Assembly (NCBI RefSeq): GCF_018977255.1
Contig: NW_024704743.1
Location: 5,148,001 to 5,212,000 of the forward strand
Direction of reading: 5' to 3'
From: Callorhinchus milii
Lineage: Eukaryota
Length of the DNA stretch: 64,000 nt
In this document: in pieces, positions 12,601-22,965 of the stretch
How the letters are laid out: each line of letters opens with the position of its first letter
Position numbering within the stretch: position 1 is the stretch's first letter
Notes under the pieces: generated by a model
The model's database searches: none
What the model saw: only the letters and a program-made list of their open reading frames with translations
What the model was told of the DNA's origin: nothing
Program-made: the position numbers and the translations under genes

Positions 12601-15600
12601 GTGAGACTGTGTGGTGTGAGACTGTGTGTGTGTGAGACTGTGTGTGTGTGAGACTGTGTGTGTGAGACTGTGTGTGTGTGAGACTGTGTGTGTGTGAGAC
12701 TGTGTGTGTGTGAGACTGTGTGTGTGTGAGACTGTGTGTGTGTGAGACTGTGTGTTGTGAGACTGTGTGTGTGTGAGACTGTGGTGTGTGTTGTGAGAGA
12801 GACTGTGTGTGTGTGTGTGTGAGAGACTGTGTGTGTGTGTGTGTGAGAGACTGTGTGTGTGTGTGAGAGACTGTGTGTGTGTGTGAGAGACTGTGTGTGT
12901 GTGTGAGAGACTGTGTGTGTGTGAGAGACTGTGTGTGTGTGTGTGAGAGACTGTGTGTGTGTGTGTGAGAGACTGTGTGTGTGTGTGAGAGACTGTGTGT
13001 GTGTGTGTGAGAGACTGTGTGTGTGTGTGTGAGAGACTGTGTGTGTGTGTGTGTGAGACTGTGTGTGTGTGTGAGACTGTGTGTGTGTGTGAGACTGTGT
13101 GTGTGAGACTGTGCAACTGTGTGTGCTGCGATGTGTGATGTGTGTACTGGTGTGTGTGTGAGACTGTGTGTGTGTGTGTGATTGTGTGTGTGGGAGACTG
13201 TGTGTGTGAGACTGTGTGTGTGTGTGAGACTGTGTGTGTGTGTGTGTGACTTGTGTGTGTGTGACTGTGTGTGTGTGAGATGGTGTGTGTGTGAGACTGT
13301 GTGTGTGTGAGACTGTGTGTGTGTGTGAGAATGTGTGTGTGTGTGAGACTGTGTGTGTGTGAGACAATGTGTGTGTGTGAGACTGTGTGTGTGTGAGACT
13401 GTGTGTGGACTGTGTGTGTGTGTGTGACTGTGTGTGTGTGTGAGACTGTGTGTGTGTGTGAGACTGTGTGTGTGAGTGAGACTGTGTGTGTGAGACTGTG
13501 CAACTGTGTGTGTGCGACTGTGTGTGTGTCACTGTGTGTGTGTGTGTGACTGTGTGTGTGTGTGTGACTGTGTGTGTGTGTGAGACTGTGTGTGTGTCTG
13601 TGAGACTGTGTGTGTGTGTGAGACTGTGTGTGTGTGACTGTGTGTGAGAGACTGTGTGTGTGAGACTGTGTGTGTGTGAGACTGTGTGTGTGTGTGAGAC
13701 TGTGTGTGTGTGTGAGACTGTGTGTGTGTGTGTGAGACTGTGTGTGTGTGAGACTGTGTGTGTGTGTGACTGTGTGTGTGTGTGACTGTGTGTGTGTGAG
13801 ACTGTGTGTGTGTGTGAGACTGTGTGTGTGTGTGAGACTGTGTGTGTGTGTGAGACTGTGTGTGTGTGTGTGAGAGACTGTGTGTGTGTGTAAGACTGTG
13901 TGTGTGTGTCTGTGTGTGAGACTGTGTGTGTGTGTGAGACTGTGTGTGTGTGAGACTGTGTGTGTGTGTGTGAGACTGTGTGTGTGCTGTGAGAGACTTG
14001 GTTGAGACTGTGTGTGTGTGTGACTGTGTGTGTGTGTGAGACTGTGTGTGTGACTATGTGTGTGTGAGACTGTGTGTGTGTGTGTGAGACTATGTGTGTG
14101 TGGTTGTGAGACTGTGTGTGTGTGAGACTGTGTGTGTGTGAGACTGTGTGCGTGTGTGAGACTGTGTGTGACTGTGTGTGCGGTGACTGTGTGACTGTGG
14201 TGTGTGTGGACTGTGTGTGTGTGTGTGGACTGTGTGTGTGTGTGACTGTGATGTGTGTGTGACTGTGTGATGTTGTGTGTGTGTGTGAATGTGTGTGACT
14301 GTGTGTGTGTGTGACTGTGTGTGTGTGTGACTGTGTGTGTGTGTGACTGTTGGTGTGTGTGTGACTGTGTGTGTGTTGTGACTGTGTGTGTGTGTGACTG
14401 TGTGTGTGGTGACTGTGTGTGTGTGACTGTGTGTGTGTGACTGTGTGTGTGAGACTGTGTGTGTGAGACTGTGTGTGTGAGACTGTGTGTGTGGACTGTG
14501 TGTGTGTGAGACTGTGTGTGTGTGTGACTGTGTGTGTGTGTGTGACTGTGTGTGTGTGTGTGACTGTGTGTGTGTGTGAGACTGTGTGTGTGTGTGTAGA
14601 CTGTGTGTGTGTGTGTAGACTGGTGTGTGTGAGACTGTGTGGATGTGTGTGTGACGACTGTGTGTGTGTGAGACTGTGTAGCTGTGATGAGAGACTGTGT
14701 GTGTGTGAGTGTGTGTGTGACTGTGTGTGTGTGTGTGACTGTGTGTGTGTGTGAGACTGTGTGTGTGGGTGAGACTGTGGTGTGACTGTGTGTGTGAGAC
14801 TGTGGTGTGTGTGTGTGAGACTGTGTGTGTGTGTGAGACTGTGTGTGTGAGACTGTGTGTGTGTGTGAGACTGTGTGTGTGTGAGAGACTGTGTGTGTGT
14901 GTGAGACTGTGTGTGTGTGTGACTGTGTCTGTGAGACTGTGTTGTGTGAGATTGTGTGTGTGAGTGTGTGTGAGACTGTGTGTGTGTGAGACTGTGTGTG
15001 TGTGTGTGAGACTGTGTGTGTGTGAGACTCTGTGTGTGAGACTCTGTGTGTGTGTGTGTGACACTGTGTGTGTGTGTGACACTGTGTGTGTGTGTGACTG
15101 TGTGTGTGTGACTGTGTGTGTGTGTGTGTGTGTGTGTGACTGTGTGTGTGTGTGTGACTGTGTGTGTGTGTGCGACTGTGTGTGTGTGTGCGACTGTGTG
15201 TGTGTGTGCGACTGTGTGTGTGTGTGCGACTGTGTGTGTGTGTGCGACTGTGTGTGTGTGTGCGACTGTGTGTGTGTGTGCGACTGTGTGTGTGTGTGCG
15301 ACTGTGTGTTAGACTGTGTGATTGTGTGTGTGTGAGACTGTGTGTGTGTGTGTGTGTGACTGTGTGTGTGTGTGTGACTGTGTGTGTGTGTGTGACTGTG
15401 TGTGTGTGTGAGACTGTGTGTGTGTGAGACTGTGTGTGTGTGAGACTGTGTGTGTGTGAGACTGTGTGTGTGTGAGACTGTGTTGTGTGTGAGACTGTGT
15501 GTGTGTGAGACTGTGTGTGTGTGAGACTGTGTGTGTGTGAGACTGTGTGTGTGAGAGACTGTGTGTGTGTGTGTGAGAGACTGTGTGTGTGTGTGTGAGA

Positions 15601-18600
15601 GACTGTGTGTGTGTGTGAGAGACTGTGTGTGTGTGTGAGAGACTGTGTGTGTGTGAGAGACTGTGTGTGAAAACTGTGTGTGAGAGACTGTGTGTGTGTG
15701 TGAGAGACTGTGTGTGTGTGTGAGAGACTGTGTGTGTGTGTGAGAGACTGTGTGTGTGTGTGAGAGACTGTGTGTGTGTGTGAGAGACTGTGTGTGTGTT
15801 AGACTGTGTGTGTGTGTGAGAGCTGGTGTGTGTGTGTGTGAGAGACTGTGTGTGTGTGTGAGAGACTGTGTGTGTGTGAGAGACTGTGTGGTGTGTGAGA
15901 GACTGTGTGTGTGGTGTGTGAGACTGTGTGGGTGTGTTGTGAGACTGTGTGTGTGTGTGTGTGTAACTGGTGTGTGTGTGTGTGTGCGCTTTCGTGTGTG
16001 TGCGCGTGTGTGTGTGTTTGCGACTGTGTGTGTGTGTGCGACTGTGTGTGTGTGTGCGACTGTGTGTGTGTGTGCGACTGTGTGTGTGTGTGCGATTCTG
16101 TGTTTCGTGCTAGTGTGTGTGCGACTGTGTGTGTGTGTGAGACTGTGTGTGTGTGTGAGACTGTGTGTGTGGACTGTGTTTGGAGTCCTGTAGCTCAGTG
16201 GTTGGAGCACTCGCTTTGCAAGTGAGAGACCTGAGTTCAATTCCAGGCAGAGGGCGAAACCTTGGGCAAGTTTCCTTACTCCACACAGAGCCTAATAATA
16301 ATCCCTCCCAAAACCAAAAACAATAATAAATTGGTCTTTTTCATCTACGACTGTTTGTGGGACACTTGCTGTGCAAATTGGCTGCCAGCATTTCGCCCAC
16401 AAATACACAGTCAATTCACTTTACAGTGTGTTCTGTCAAGCACTTTGAGGACTTGTCACGACTCGACGTGAAAAGCGCTATATCAAATGTAAGGATTATT
16501 ATTATTATGAGAGACTGTGTGTGTGTGNNNNNNNNNNNNNNNNNNNNNNNNNGAACCCTCGCTGTCCTCGAGGAGGGGGATTATGCTGCAAACATACCAA
16601 ACACTGGTGGGTGCGCTGCGCGATATCCTCTACCACATTCGGCCAACGCATACTACGCAAAATTAATTGTGTCATAGCGGTCGCAGAATGGTGACCAGAT
16701 GTAGGGTGCATGTGAAATATTGTGAATACTTCCTCTTGCAGGCTTGGGGGTATGCACACAACTGGATTTTTGTCTGGGGGCGAGTACATTATTGTGTGTG
16801 TGCTTGCGTGTGTGTGTGTGCTTGCGTGTGTGTGTGCTTGCGTGTGTGTGTGCTTGCGTGTGTGTGTGCTTGCGTGTGTGTGTGTGCTTCCGTGTGTGTG
16901 TGTGCTTAGCGTGTGTGTGCTTGCGTGTGTACGTAGTCCAGAGAGATGTTTTTCCAACAGGTTACAACCCATAATTTCATTGTTTCCACAGCCACCTGCG
17001 GCATGCACACTTGTTGCTTCTCCTAGGCGTGAGTCTGAGCGAGTCCTTAGAAAATGTGCGACTGGTGTACGAGAGAGTGCACTTAGGGTCCCTTTACACT
17101 GTATTGCACACCAGGGTAAGTCCTGTCCACAGCCCAGAGCTCACTCTACATCACTCACAGCCTCACTCCCTCTACATCACTCACAGCCTCACTCCACTTC
17201 ATACCCAGCTTCACTCCCAGGCAGATAAAGCTCCCTCTTGTGGAGTCCTAGAGAGTAGTGGTTACTGCACTCGCCTCGCAAGCGAGAGGACCCGGGTTTG
17301 ATTCCTGGCCAGGGCAAAACATTAAGGCAAGTTTCCTTACTCCACACACGCACATCCCTCTGTTTACCCGGCAGTAAGTAGGAACATGGTTGTTAGTCGA
17401 TTGGTGGATTGCTTTCCAGGGGTAATAATCGCTTCGAAACAAACAAAATTTAGTCACTCCGCAACTTTTGTGGGACACTGCTGTGCACAATTGGCTGCCA
17501 CCTTTCACCCACAAAATCCACAGTCACTACACTTTACAATATATGCTGTGAAGCGCTTTGGGATGTTTCAGTGACGTGATAAGGCTTATCATCCTAGAAT
17601 CATAGAATCTTACAACTCTGGGTAAAAAAAATTGTCTCCTCATTTCCCCTCTGGTTCTTTTGCCAATTATCTGTATCCTCTGGTTACCGACCCACCCACC
17701 AGAGGAAACAGTTTCTCCCTATCTACTCTTATCAAAACCCCTCATAATTTTGAACACATCTGTTAAATCTACCCTCAACCTTCTCTGTTCTAATGAGAAT
17801 AATATCAGCCTCTCTTGCCTAGAAATTGACTATTTCTAGAAATTGAATAGAAAGAGAGGGTAGGAGAAAGAGAAGAGAGATGGGAGAAAGAGGCGATGAA
17901 GAAATATATTTAGGGGAGAGTGGATAGGAGAGAAGACAAGAAAATAGAGGAGAAAGAGATGAGAGAGGAAGAAAAAGAGAGAGAGGAAGAAATATATATA
18001 GAGGACAGGGGAGTGAGAAGGAAAGGGAACCGAGAAAAAGAGTTACCCTTACAAACGCTCAGGGACGCTACCCTGCGTGAGGGGCGCTTTATAAATAGAA
18101 GTTGTTGTTTGTTGTGCATTTATCCATTGCTGACGTTGCCTGCGTTTGACTCTCTCTCTCTGGGACAGAGGTGGGAGCCTCACCCACTTCGCACAGACAC
18201 CATCCCTCAGTTGCTGCTACAGGTGTGTGACGCTGTGATCTACCTTCACTCCCGAGGCTACATCCATCGCTCACTCACCTCCCACGCTGTCCAGCTTGTC
18301 TCCCCCACAGTCGCCAAACTCTCCAACCTTGAGTACCTGCAAGAGAGGTAATGACCTGGGCCAATAGAAAAGTGCGGCCGCACGTTTTCCGCAGAATCCG
18401 CCACAACAGGCCTCATCCGCTACATACACGTTACAAGCAACGCCCTCCGCTACAGACCTGCACACACATTGTGCTAGGCCCCACTACAAGCCTGTGCACA
18501 CAGTGTGCTAGGCACTGGGCCTCTGCGTGCTGTTTGCTCGACCCTCTACTGTGGGTGGAGCGGCTCCGGTCGCAGGCGTGCGGGGAGTTTTGGGATCGCG

Positions 18601-21266
18601 GAAGTGGCGTGAGCGTGAAATCAGCTTCGCCCGCTAGTGAGTGACCCACAATGCAAATACCAGCTGCAGGACACTACTGCTGTCTATTTGTTCAACTCCC
18701 GGCCTAAACTGAGCTCCTGAGATGATTCTTGCTAATTGCTGTACCTTTCAAATTAATATTTTAGTATTTTAAACATAGCTACATGTTCAGGGACTATATG
18801 GCTAGTTATAATCCTGGTTGTTTGAAAAAATGTGTTTCTCAACAGCACCAACCAGCCCACTGCAAAATGCACCCCCCGCCCACTCGCAATTTCCCACAAA
18901 ATTTTGGAAACGCCCTGCAATTTGGGGCAAATATGTTGACAGTTTTCTATTGGCCCAGGTGACTCAGGCAGAAATCCACCACCGTAAACAGTCTGACACG
19001 GGCAGAAACCGGTCACCATGATCAGTCGGGTATCCTGACACACGGAAACCCGTCGCCGTGATCAGCCAGATGTCTGACCTTGTTCCCGTCTACCTGTTCA
19101 GGCAGACATTAAAGATCTTTCGCAGCGCCGTCGGGAAAACAAAAGGGAGTTTCTCTCTCTCTGTGAGAATAAACCAAATAAAATCGATCGCTCGATCCAC
19201 AGGTATTTGTGGGACAAACTAAATGTCGCGTTTCACCCACAAAACACAGTCACTGCACTTTACAGTGTATCCTGTGAAGCACTTTGAGAAATCTCAACGA
19301 CGTAGTAAGGCACTATAGTAGAGTCCCATAGAGTAGTGGTTAGCGCACTCACCTCACAAGCCAGAGGATCCAGATGGGGTGAAACCTTGGACAAGTTTCC
19401 TTGCTCCACATGCCTCTGTTTACCTGGTAGTAAGTAGGACCTGATTGTTAGTTGATTGGCGGATCATTTTATGGGGTTAATAATCTCTACCCTCCAAAAA
19501 AAATTTGGTCACTCAATCCATGACCGTTTGTGGGACACTGCTGTGCAAAATTGGCTGCCACATTTCGCCCACAAAATACACAGTCAATTCACTTTACAGT
19601 GTATCTGTCAAGCACTTTGAGACTTGTCAACGACATGGTAAGACGTCTATATCAAATAAAAATATAATAATCATAATCCTTCCATTTGATATAGTGCTTA
19701 ACACTCTGTTGATACGTTTCAAATTGCTTCACAGAATATACTGTAAAGTGTAGTGACTGTATTTCGCACAGCAGTGTCCCCAAAACAGTGCTATATTAAA
19801 TGCACAGATTATTATTATTATAGTTGGTTTTGATTCTCCTGGCAGGGCTGAAGATGGACGCTGGTCTGGGGGCCCAGGACTGCCCATTCCTCACCAGCTG
19901 TACAACTGGCTGCCCCCCGAGGTCATCAGGAATCAGCGAGCGACCCCGAGTTCTGACCTCTACAGTTTCTGCACTGTTCTGCAGGAGGCCTTGACAGGTA
20001 GGGAAACATGAGGCACTGGGGGAGGGCCAAGAGGAGGGAGGGGCAAGGTGCTTGGGGAGGGGCCAGGGGAAGCAGAGAGTGAAGTGGGGGGAGAGAGGGG
20101 ATAATGCACTGGGGGAGGATGCAGTGATGGAGCAGGGGAGGTGGTGTTGGGGTGGGGGGTAGCTGGGGAAGGAGAGGGTGAGGTTCTTGGGGCGGGGCCC
20201 TGGGAGGGAGGGAGGGGACGAGGTGCTGGGGGAAGACACAGTGCTAGAGGAGGGACCAGGGGATGAGGTGTTGGGGGGAGGGTCTAGGTGAGGGAGGGAA
20301 CAAGATGCTGATGGAGGCGCTGTGGGGAGGCGATGCTGGGAGATGTTGACCGGTGACCTGGCTCTTGGCTGTACAGACACTGTGCCCTGGGGGGGTGTGG
20401 ATGGCCTGACGGTTCGACACCTGCTGGATTCTGGACACTGTCTGTTTGCGGAGCCTCGCCTGCCCAGAGCATATTATACCCTGGTGAGGGCCGGCCTGAG
20501 CCTGAGACAGAGAGACCGCTCACTCAGTCTGCAGGACCTCCGCTATACACTGCGCCAGGACATCAAGGTATCTCATCCCTTCCCTCCCTCTCTCCCCCCT
20601 ACCTTCTTCCCCTCGTCCCTCCCTCGCCCACCTCACTCCTCTACTCCCTCTCTCCCTCACCTCTACCTTCCCTCCCTCAACTTGTTTCTCTCCATCTTTT
20701 GATTTTAATCCACCTCTACCTTCTCTCTCTTTCATTTGATCTCTCCCACCACCCTCACCTTCCCTCCCTCCTTCACCTTGTCTCTCCCTCTACCCTTTTC
20801 CATCTCTCTTTCCTTCACTACCCTCCCTCCTTCCCTCGCACATCTACTTCTCCTCTCCTCCTTTATTTCCCCTCCCTGCTTTTCTGTGTGTGTGTCTCAG
20901 TAATGGAGACAGGGACCATTCAGCTGTGTGTGTGGGCGAGTGTGTGGGGGGTGGGGAGTGTGTGGTGAGAGTGTGTGAGGGATGAGCATGAATGAGTGGT
21001 GAGTGTGTGTGTGAGTGTTTGTATGTGAGTGTGTGTCAGTGACTGATTCCTGTGGCTAATCTCATGGACTTTGTCTCAGGGCTCTGAGCGTGTGTCAGGA
21101 GTAGAGTCGGTGACGAGTGGAGGCGGGGTCCCTCATGGAGCCAGACCCCCCTCGCTGTATCCCAGGCTCCCCACGGACCCCCACAAAGAGCCTGACCAGA
21201 CAGACGGACCCGGCATGGTAACACTGCCACGCCAAGCAACCAGGTCCCAGCCGGGCAGCGCTGCGG
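3520..21266 (+). CDS. TEX14: TEX14-like ankyrin-repeat + inactive protein kinase gene, 12 exons: join(3520-3658,4097-4211,5540-5705,6654-6800,7302-7361,7603-7733,9314-9412,16992-17115,18169-18347,19846-19997,20377-20567,21080-21266); 3' part not found; two internal TGA codons
   Basis: All introns are GT-AG with consistent phases. The translation matches recalled human TEX14 throughout: CPTQLG~[20 protein letters not shown]~[83 protein letters not shown]~NLQDIRYILKNDLK. Ortholog versus paralog is unresolved. Confidence 0.85.
3825..4075. repeat. Degenerate ~32-bp purine-rich tandem repeat
   Basis: gagatggagggtagag.ctgatggagaggggc-like units. Confidence 0.7.
4097..4211 (+). CDS. TEX14: TEX14-like exon 2, ankyrin repeat ([38 protein letters not shown])
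   Basis: tctcag acceptor, GTAGGT donor, 115 nt, ankyrin GxTPL..A..GANPN pattern. Confidence 0.92.
5130..5490. repeat. ~18-bp minisatellite (GTGAGTGACTGTGTGCGT)
   Basis: Direct inspection. Confidence 0.9.
5540..5705 (+). CDS. TEX14: TEX14-like exon 3, ankyrin repeat ([17 protein letters not shown]...THNTQ)
   Basis: ccctcag acceptor, GTAAAT donor, 166 nt; near-identical TEX14 motifs. Confidence 0.92.
6654..6800 (+). pseudogene. TEX14: TEX14-like exon 4 (MLEFLCRF...), in-frame TGA at 6711-6713
   Basis: cacag acceptor, GTAAGA donor, 147 nt; start MLEFLCR~IVEFMQR of TEX14; internal stop. Confidence 0.6.
6888..7285. repeat. ~18-bp minisatellite (GACTGTGAGGGTGTGAGT)
   Basis: Direct inspection. 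Confidence 0.9.
7302..7361 (+). pseudogene. TEX14: TEX14-like exon 5 (...ITHFGFGK), in-frame TGA at 7314-7316
   Basis: Strong pyrimidine tract + CAG, GTGAGA donor, 60 nt; ends FGFGK as in TEX14; internal stop. Confidence 0.7.
7603..7733 (+). CDS. TEX14: TEX14-like exon 6 ([27 protein letters not shown]...PYTEMC)
   Basis: ttttag acceptor, GTAAGT donor, 131 nt; aligns to TEX14 YLGSLPVIGEKEVIQAD..GPYMVMT. Confidence 0.88.
8530..9080 (+). mobile_element. L2-clade LINE 3' fragment with tandem ~59-bp units; a divergent minus-strand L2 lies at 8170-8520
   Basis: ccagttctagccaggctccactggctccc (VLARLHWLP) x3, then L2 3' body and (TTG)n tail. Confidence 0.8.
9314..9412 (+). CDS. TEX14: TEX14-like exon 7, kinase N-lobe ([13 protein letters not shown]...EHEHV)
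   Basis: cgcag acceptor, GTAAAT donor, 99 nt; ~NLVWNGSRVTVKE..EQEHS. Confidence 0.88.
9458..9808 (+). mobile_element. tRNA(Ala)-derived SINE, full length
   Basis: ggagtcctgtagc..ggttag..ctcgccttgcaagtgag..ggtttgattc head; shared body; tail gcgctgtatcaaatgcaaggattatt. Confidence 0.85.
10322..11245 (-). mobile_element. LTR-like remnant of an ERV/LTR retrotransposon
   Basis: Abuts an integrase fragment; minus-strand TATAAAAA at 10909-10916; minus strand ends ...aatttcaCA at 10322; the other boundary is unclear. Confidence 0.5.
11246..11365 (-). mobile_element. Retroviral/Ty3-type integrase core fragment ([40 protein letters not shown])
   Basis: GPLP..GG.K..LVI.D.FTKW.EAFP is the rve core signature. 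Confidence 0.85.
11366..16180. repeat. ~4.8-kb compound satellite (GT)n punctuated by GACT/GAGACT/GCGACT
   Basis: Direct inspection; source of the spurious HT/CV-repeat ORFs. Confidence 0.97.
16182..16508 (+). mobile_element. tRNA(Ala)-derived SINE, internally deleted subfamily
   Basis: A box TAGCTCAGTGG, TGC anticodon arm, B box GAGTTCAATTCC, (TTA)n tail. Confidence 0.9.
16528..16552. other. Assembly gap (25 N)
   Basis: Run of n. Confidence 1.
16553..16789 (-). mobile_element. Integrase Zn-binding (HHCC) fragment
   Basis: [23 protein letters not shown]...[26 protein letters not shown] pattern. Confidence 0.85.
16792..16930. repeat. (GTGTGTGCTTGC)n microsatellite
   Basis: Direct inspection. 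Confidence 0.95.
16992..17115 (+). CDS. TEX14: TEX14-like exon 8 ([41 protein letters not shown])
   Basis: ccacag acceptor, GTAAGT donor, 124 nt. Confidence 0.92.
17241..17587 (+). mobile_element. tRNA(Ala)-derived SINE
   Basis: Same head and body as the other copies. Confidence 0.85.
18169..18347 (+). CDS. TEX14: TEX14-like exon 9, degenerate catalytic loop (..[24 protein letters not shown])
   Basis: gacag acceptor, GTAATG donor, 179 nt. Confidence 0.93.
18355..18959. mobile_element. Non-autonomous DNA transposon (MITE), 605 bp
   Basis: Perfect 17-bp TIRs CCTGGGCCAATAGAAAA (18355-18371) / TTTTCTATTGGCCCAGG (18943-18959), flanked by TGA direct repeats. Confidence 0.85.
19320..19670 (+). 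mobile_element. tRNA(Ala)-derived SINE
   Basis: Same head and body; joined tail-to-tail with a minus-strand partial copy. Confidence 0.8.
19846..19997 (+). CDS. TEX14: TEX14-like exon 10 (..[35 protein letters not shown])
   Basis: ggcag acceptor, GTAGGG donor, 152 nt; kinase subdomains VIII-IX. Confidence 0.93.
20377..20567 (+). CDS. TEX14: TEX14-like exon 11 ([10 protein letters not shown]...[10 protein letters not shown]), end of kinase domain
   Basis: tacag acceptor, GTATCT donor, 191 nt, ends in phase 0. Confidence 0.92.
21080..21266 (+). CDS. TEX14: TEX14-like exon 12 (GSERVSG...[10 protein letters not shown]...QPGSAA), low-complexity linker
   Basis: tctcag acceptor, open in phase 0, GTGAGC donor at 21267 (phase 1); no recognisable sequence homology. 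Confidence 0.6.
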
Positions 21267-21359
21267 GTGAGCAGCTTATTATAATAATATTGTTCATTAT
21301 ATAATAATTGTATAATAATCCTCAAATCACACCCGGCACCTTTATTGTCGGCGAGACTT

Positions 21360-21575
21360 TTGTGACTGCGACTGTGTGTGTGAGACTGTGTGTGCGTGAC
21401 TGTGACTGTGTGTGTGTGACTGTGTGTGTGTGTGTGTGACTGTGAGACTATGTGTGTGTGTGAGACTGTGACTGTGGACTGTGTGTGTGTGTGTGACTGT
21501 GTGAGACTGTGTGTGTGTGTGTGTGTGACTGTGAGACTGTGTGTGTGGGAGACTGTGTGTGTGTGGGAGACTGTG
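21360..21575. repeat. (GT)n/GACT satellite, same type as 11366-16180
   Basis: Direct inspection. Confidence 0.95.
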
Positions 21576-21940
21576 AGTCTTGAGGACGTTCTGGATGATC
21601 TGCAGCCTGTGCAGGGAATAGTTGGGAAGGCCGACACGCAGAGTTGGCGTAGTCGAGCGTAGATGAGAGTTTTCCCGGACTGATGGGTGAGGCAGTGGCG
21701 GAACCGGGCAATGTTGCGGAGGTGGGGAAGGCAGAACGGGTCATGGGACGGATGTGGAATAGAAAGGACAGTTGAGAGTCAAACAAGACGCCAAGGTTTG
21801 ACGTTCAACTGCAGAAAGTTAGCTCTCATCCAGGACTTGATGTCTACCAGACATTCTGTCAGGACAGCAGTGGTTTTGGACTCGATGGTGGAGGCAGAGA
21901 GGTACGAGTAGGTGTCATCCACATACATGTATCCCACAAA
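21575..21940 (-). mobile_element. L2 reverse-transcriptase fragment
   Basis: MYVDDTYSYLS..LTECLVDIKSWMRANFLQLN; S.LDYANS. Confidence 0.8.
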
Positions 21941-22429
21941 CAGCCATGAAGTCAGTGACCCATTTGTTTTAATCTGGAGGATTGTTGGCCAAGACGCTGG
22001 GAGAAACTCTTTTAATCGTGCCATGAATGACTACCTGAAGAGGTAGACCAGAGACCTCGGTTTAATGACCCTGAAACATTGCTCAAATAAATTCTACCGC
22101 GCGTCAGCCACAATGGTTGGGCTGCCTGGGATGGCAGTGGCTCTTTGCCGGGTTCTGGCGGTCATGTTATCACATTCTCCCACGTGTGCTTGTGTTCCAC
22201 CACTTTTTTTTGTTTTAAACCAGATTTACCATTTACGTATACCAAAGAAAATTTGATTGGAATGCCGCGTGGAGTCAAATGCTGTGACCGCAAGCGGTTG
22301 TACGAGCAGATTGAAATCGAAGGTCGTGAAATATTTCGCAATAAAAATATAAACTAAATCGTTACAGAACATTGTGGCTATTTGAAGCACTTAATTATTT
22401 AGCGTTAGATTGTGCCATTTCCCTTTTCA

Positions 22430-22965
22430 TAAAATCTTACAGCGCAGAAGGAGGCCCTTTGGCCAACGTGCCTGTTTAAAAGAGCTACCGACTAGTCCCA
22501 CTCCCCCGCTGTTACCCCATAGTCCTGCAAATTTTTCCTTTTAAGTACTATCTAATTTTGAAAGCTACCATTGAATCTGCTTGCACCACCCTTTCAGGCA
22601 GTACTTTACAGATTGCAACAACTCTCTGTGTGTAAAAAAAAGTCTCCTCGTCTCCCCTCTGTATGCCAATTACCTTAAATCTGCATCCTCTGGTTACCGA
22701 CCTGCCCGCCAGCGGAAACAGTTTCTCACTATCTACTCTATCAAAACCCCTCATAATTTTGAACACCTGTATCAAATCTCCCCTCAACCTTCTCTGCTCT
22801 GAGGAGAATAACCCAGCCTCTCTAGCCTCTCCACCTGATTATAGTCCCTCATCCCTGGTATCATTCTTGTGAATCTTCTCTGCACCCTCTCCAAGGCCCT
22901 GACGTCCTTCCTAAACTATGGAGCCCAGAATTGACATAATACTCCAGCTAAGGCCTAACCAGCCT
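22430..22965 (-). mobile_element. CR1 LINE 3' fragment
   Basis: [37 protein letters not shown]. Confidence 0.85.

Noticed and set aside
11222..16240. Long His/Thr- and Cys/Val-rich ORFs (up to 723 aa)
   Set aside because: Translations of the (GT)n satellite, which is largely stop-free in these frames; only the integrase tail at 11246-11365 is meaningful.
16182..16255. tRNA-Ala(TGC) gene
   Set aside because: It has A/B boxes and an anticodon arm, but continues into a SINE body and tail, lacks a clean acceptor stem and terminator, and has many diverged copies.
22113..22256. gccacaATGG ORF as the RHPN1 first exon
   Set aside because: No convincing phase-0 donor before the stop and no similarity to rhophilin N-termini.
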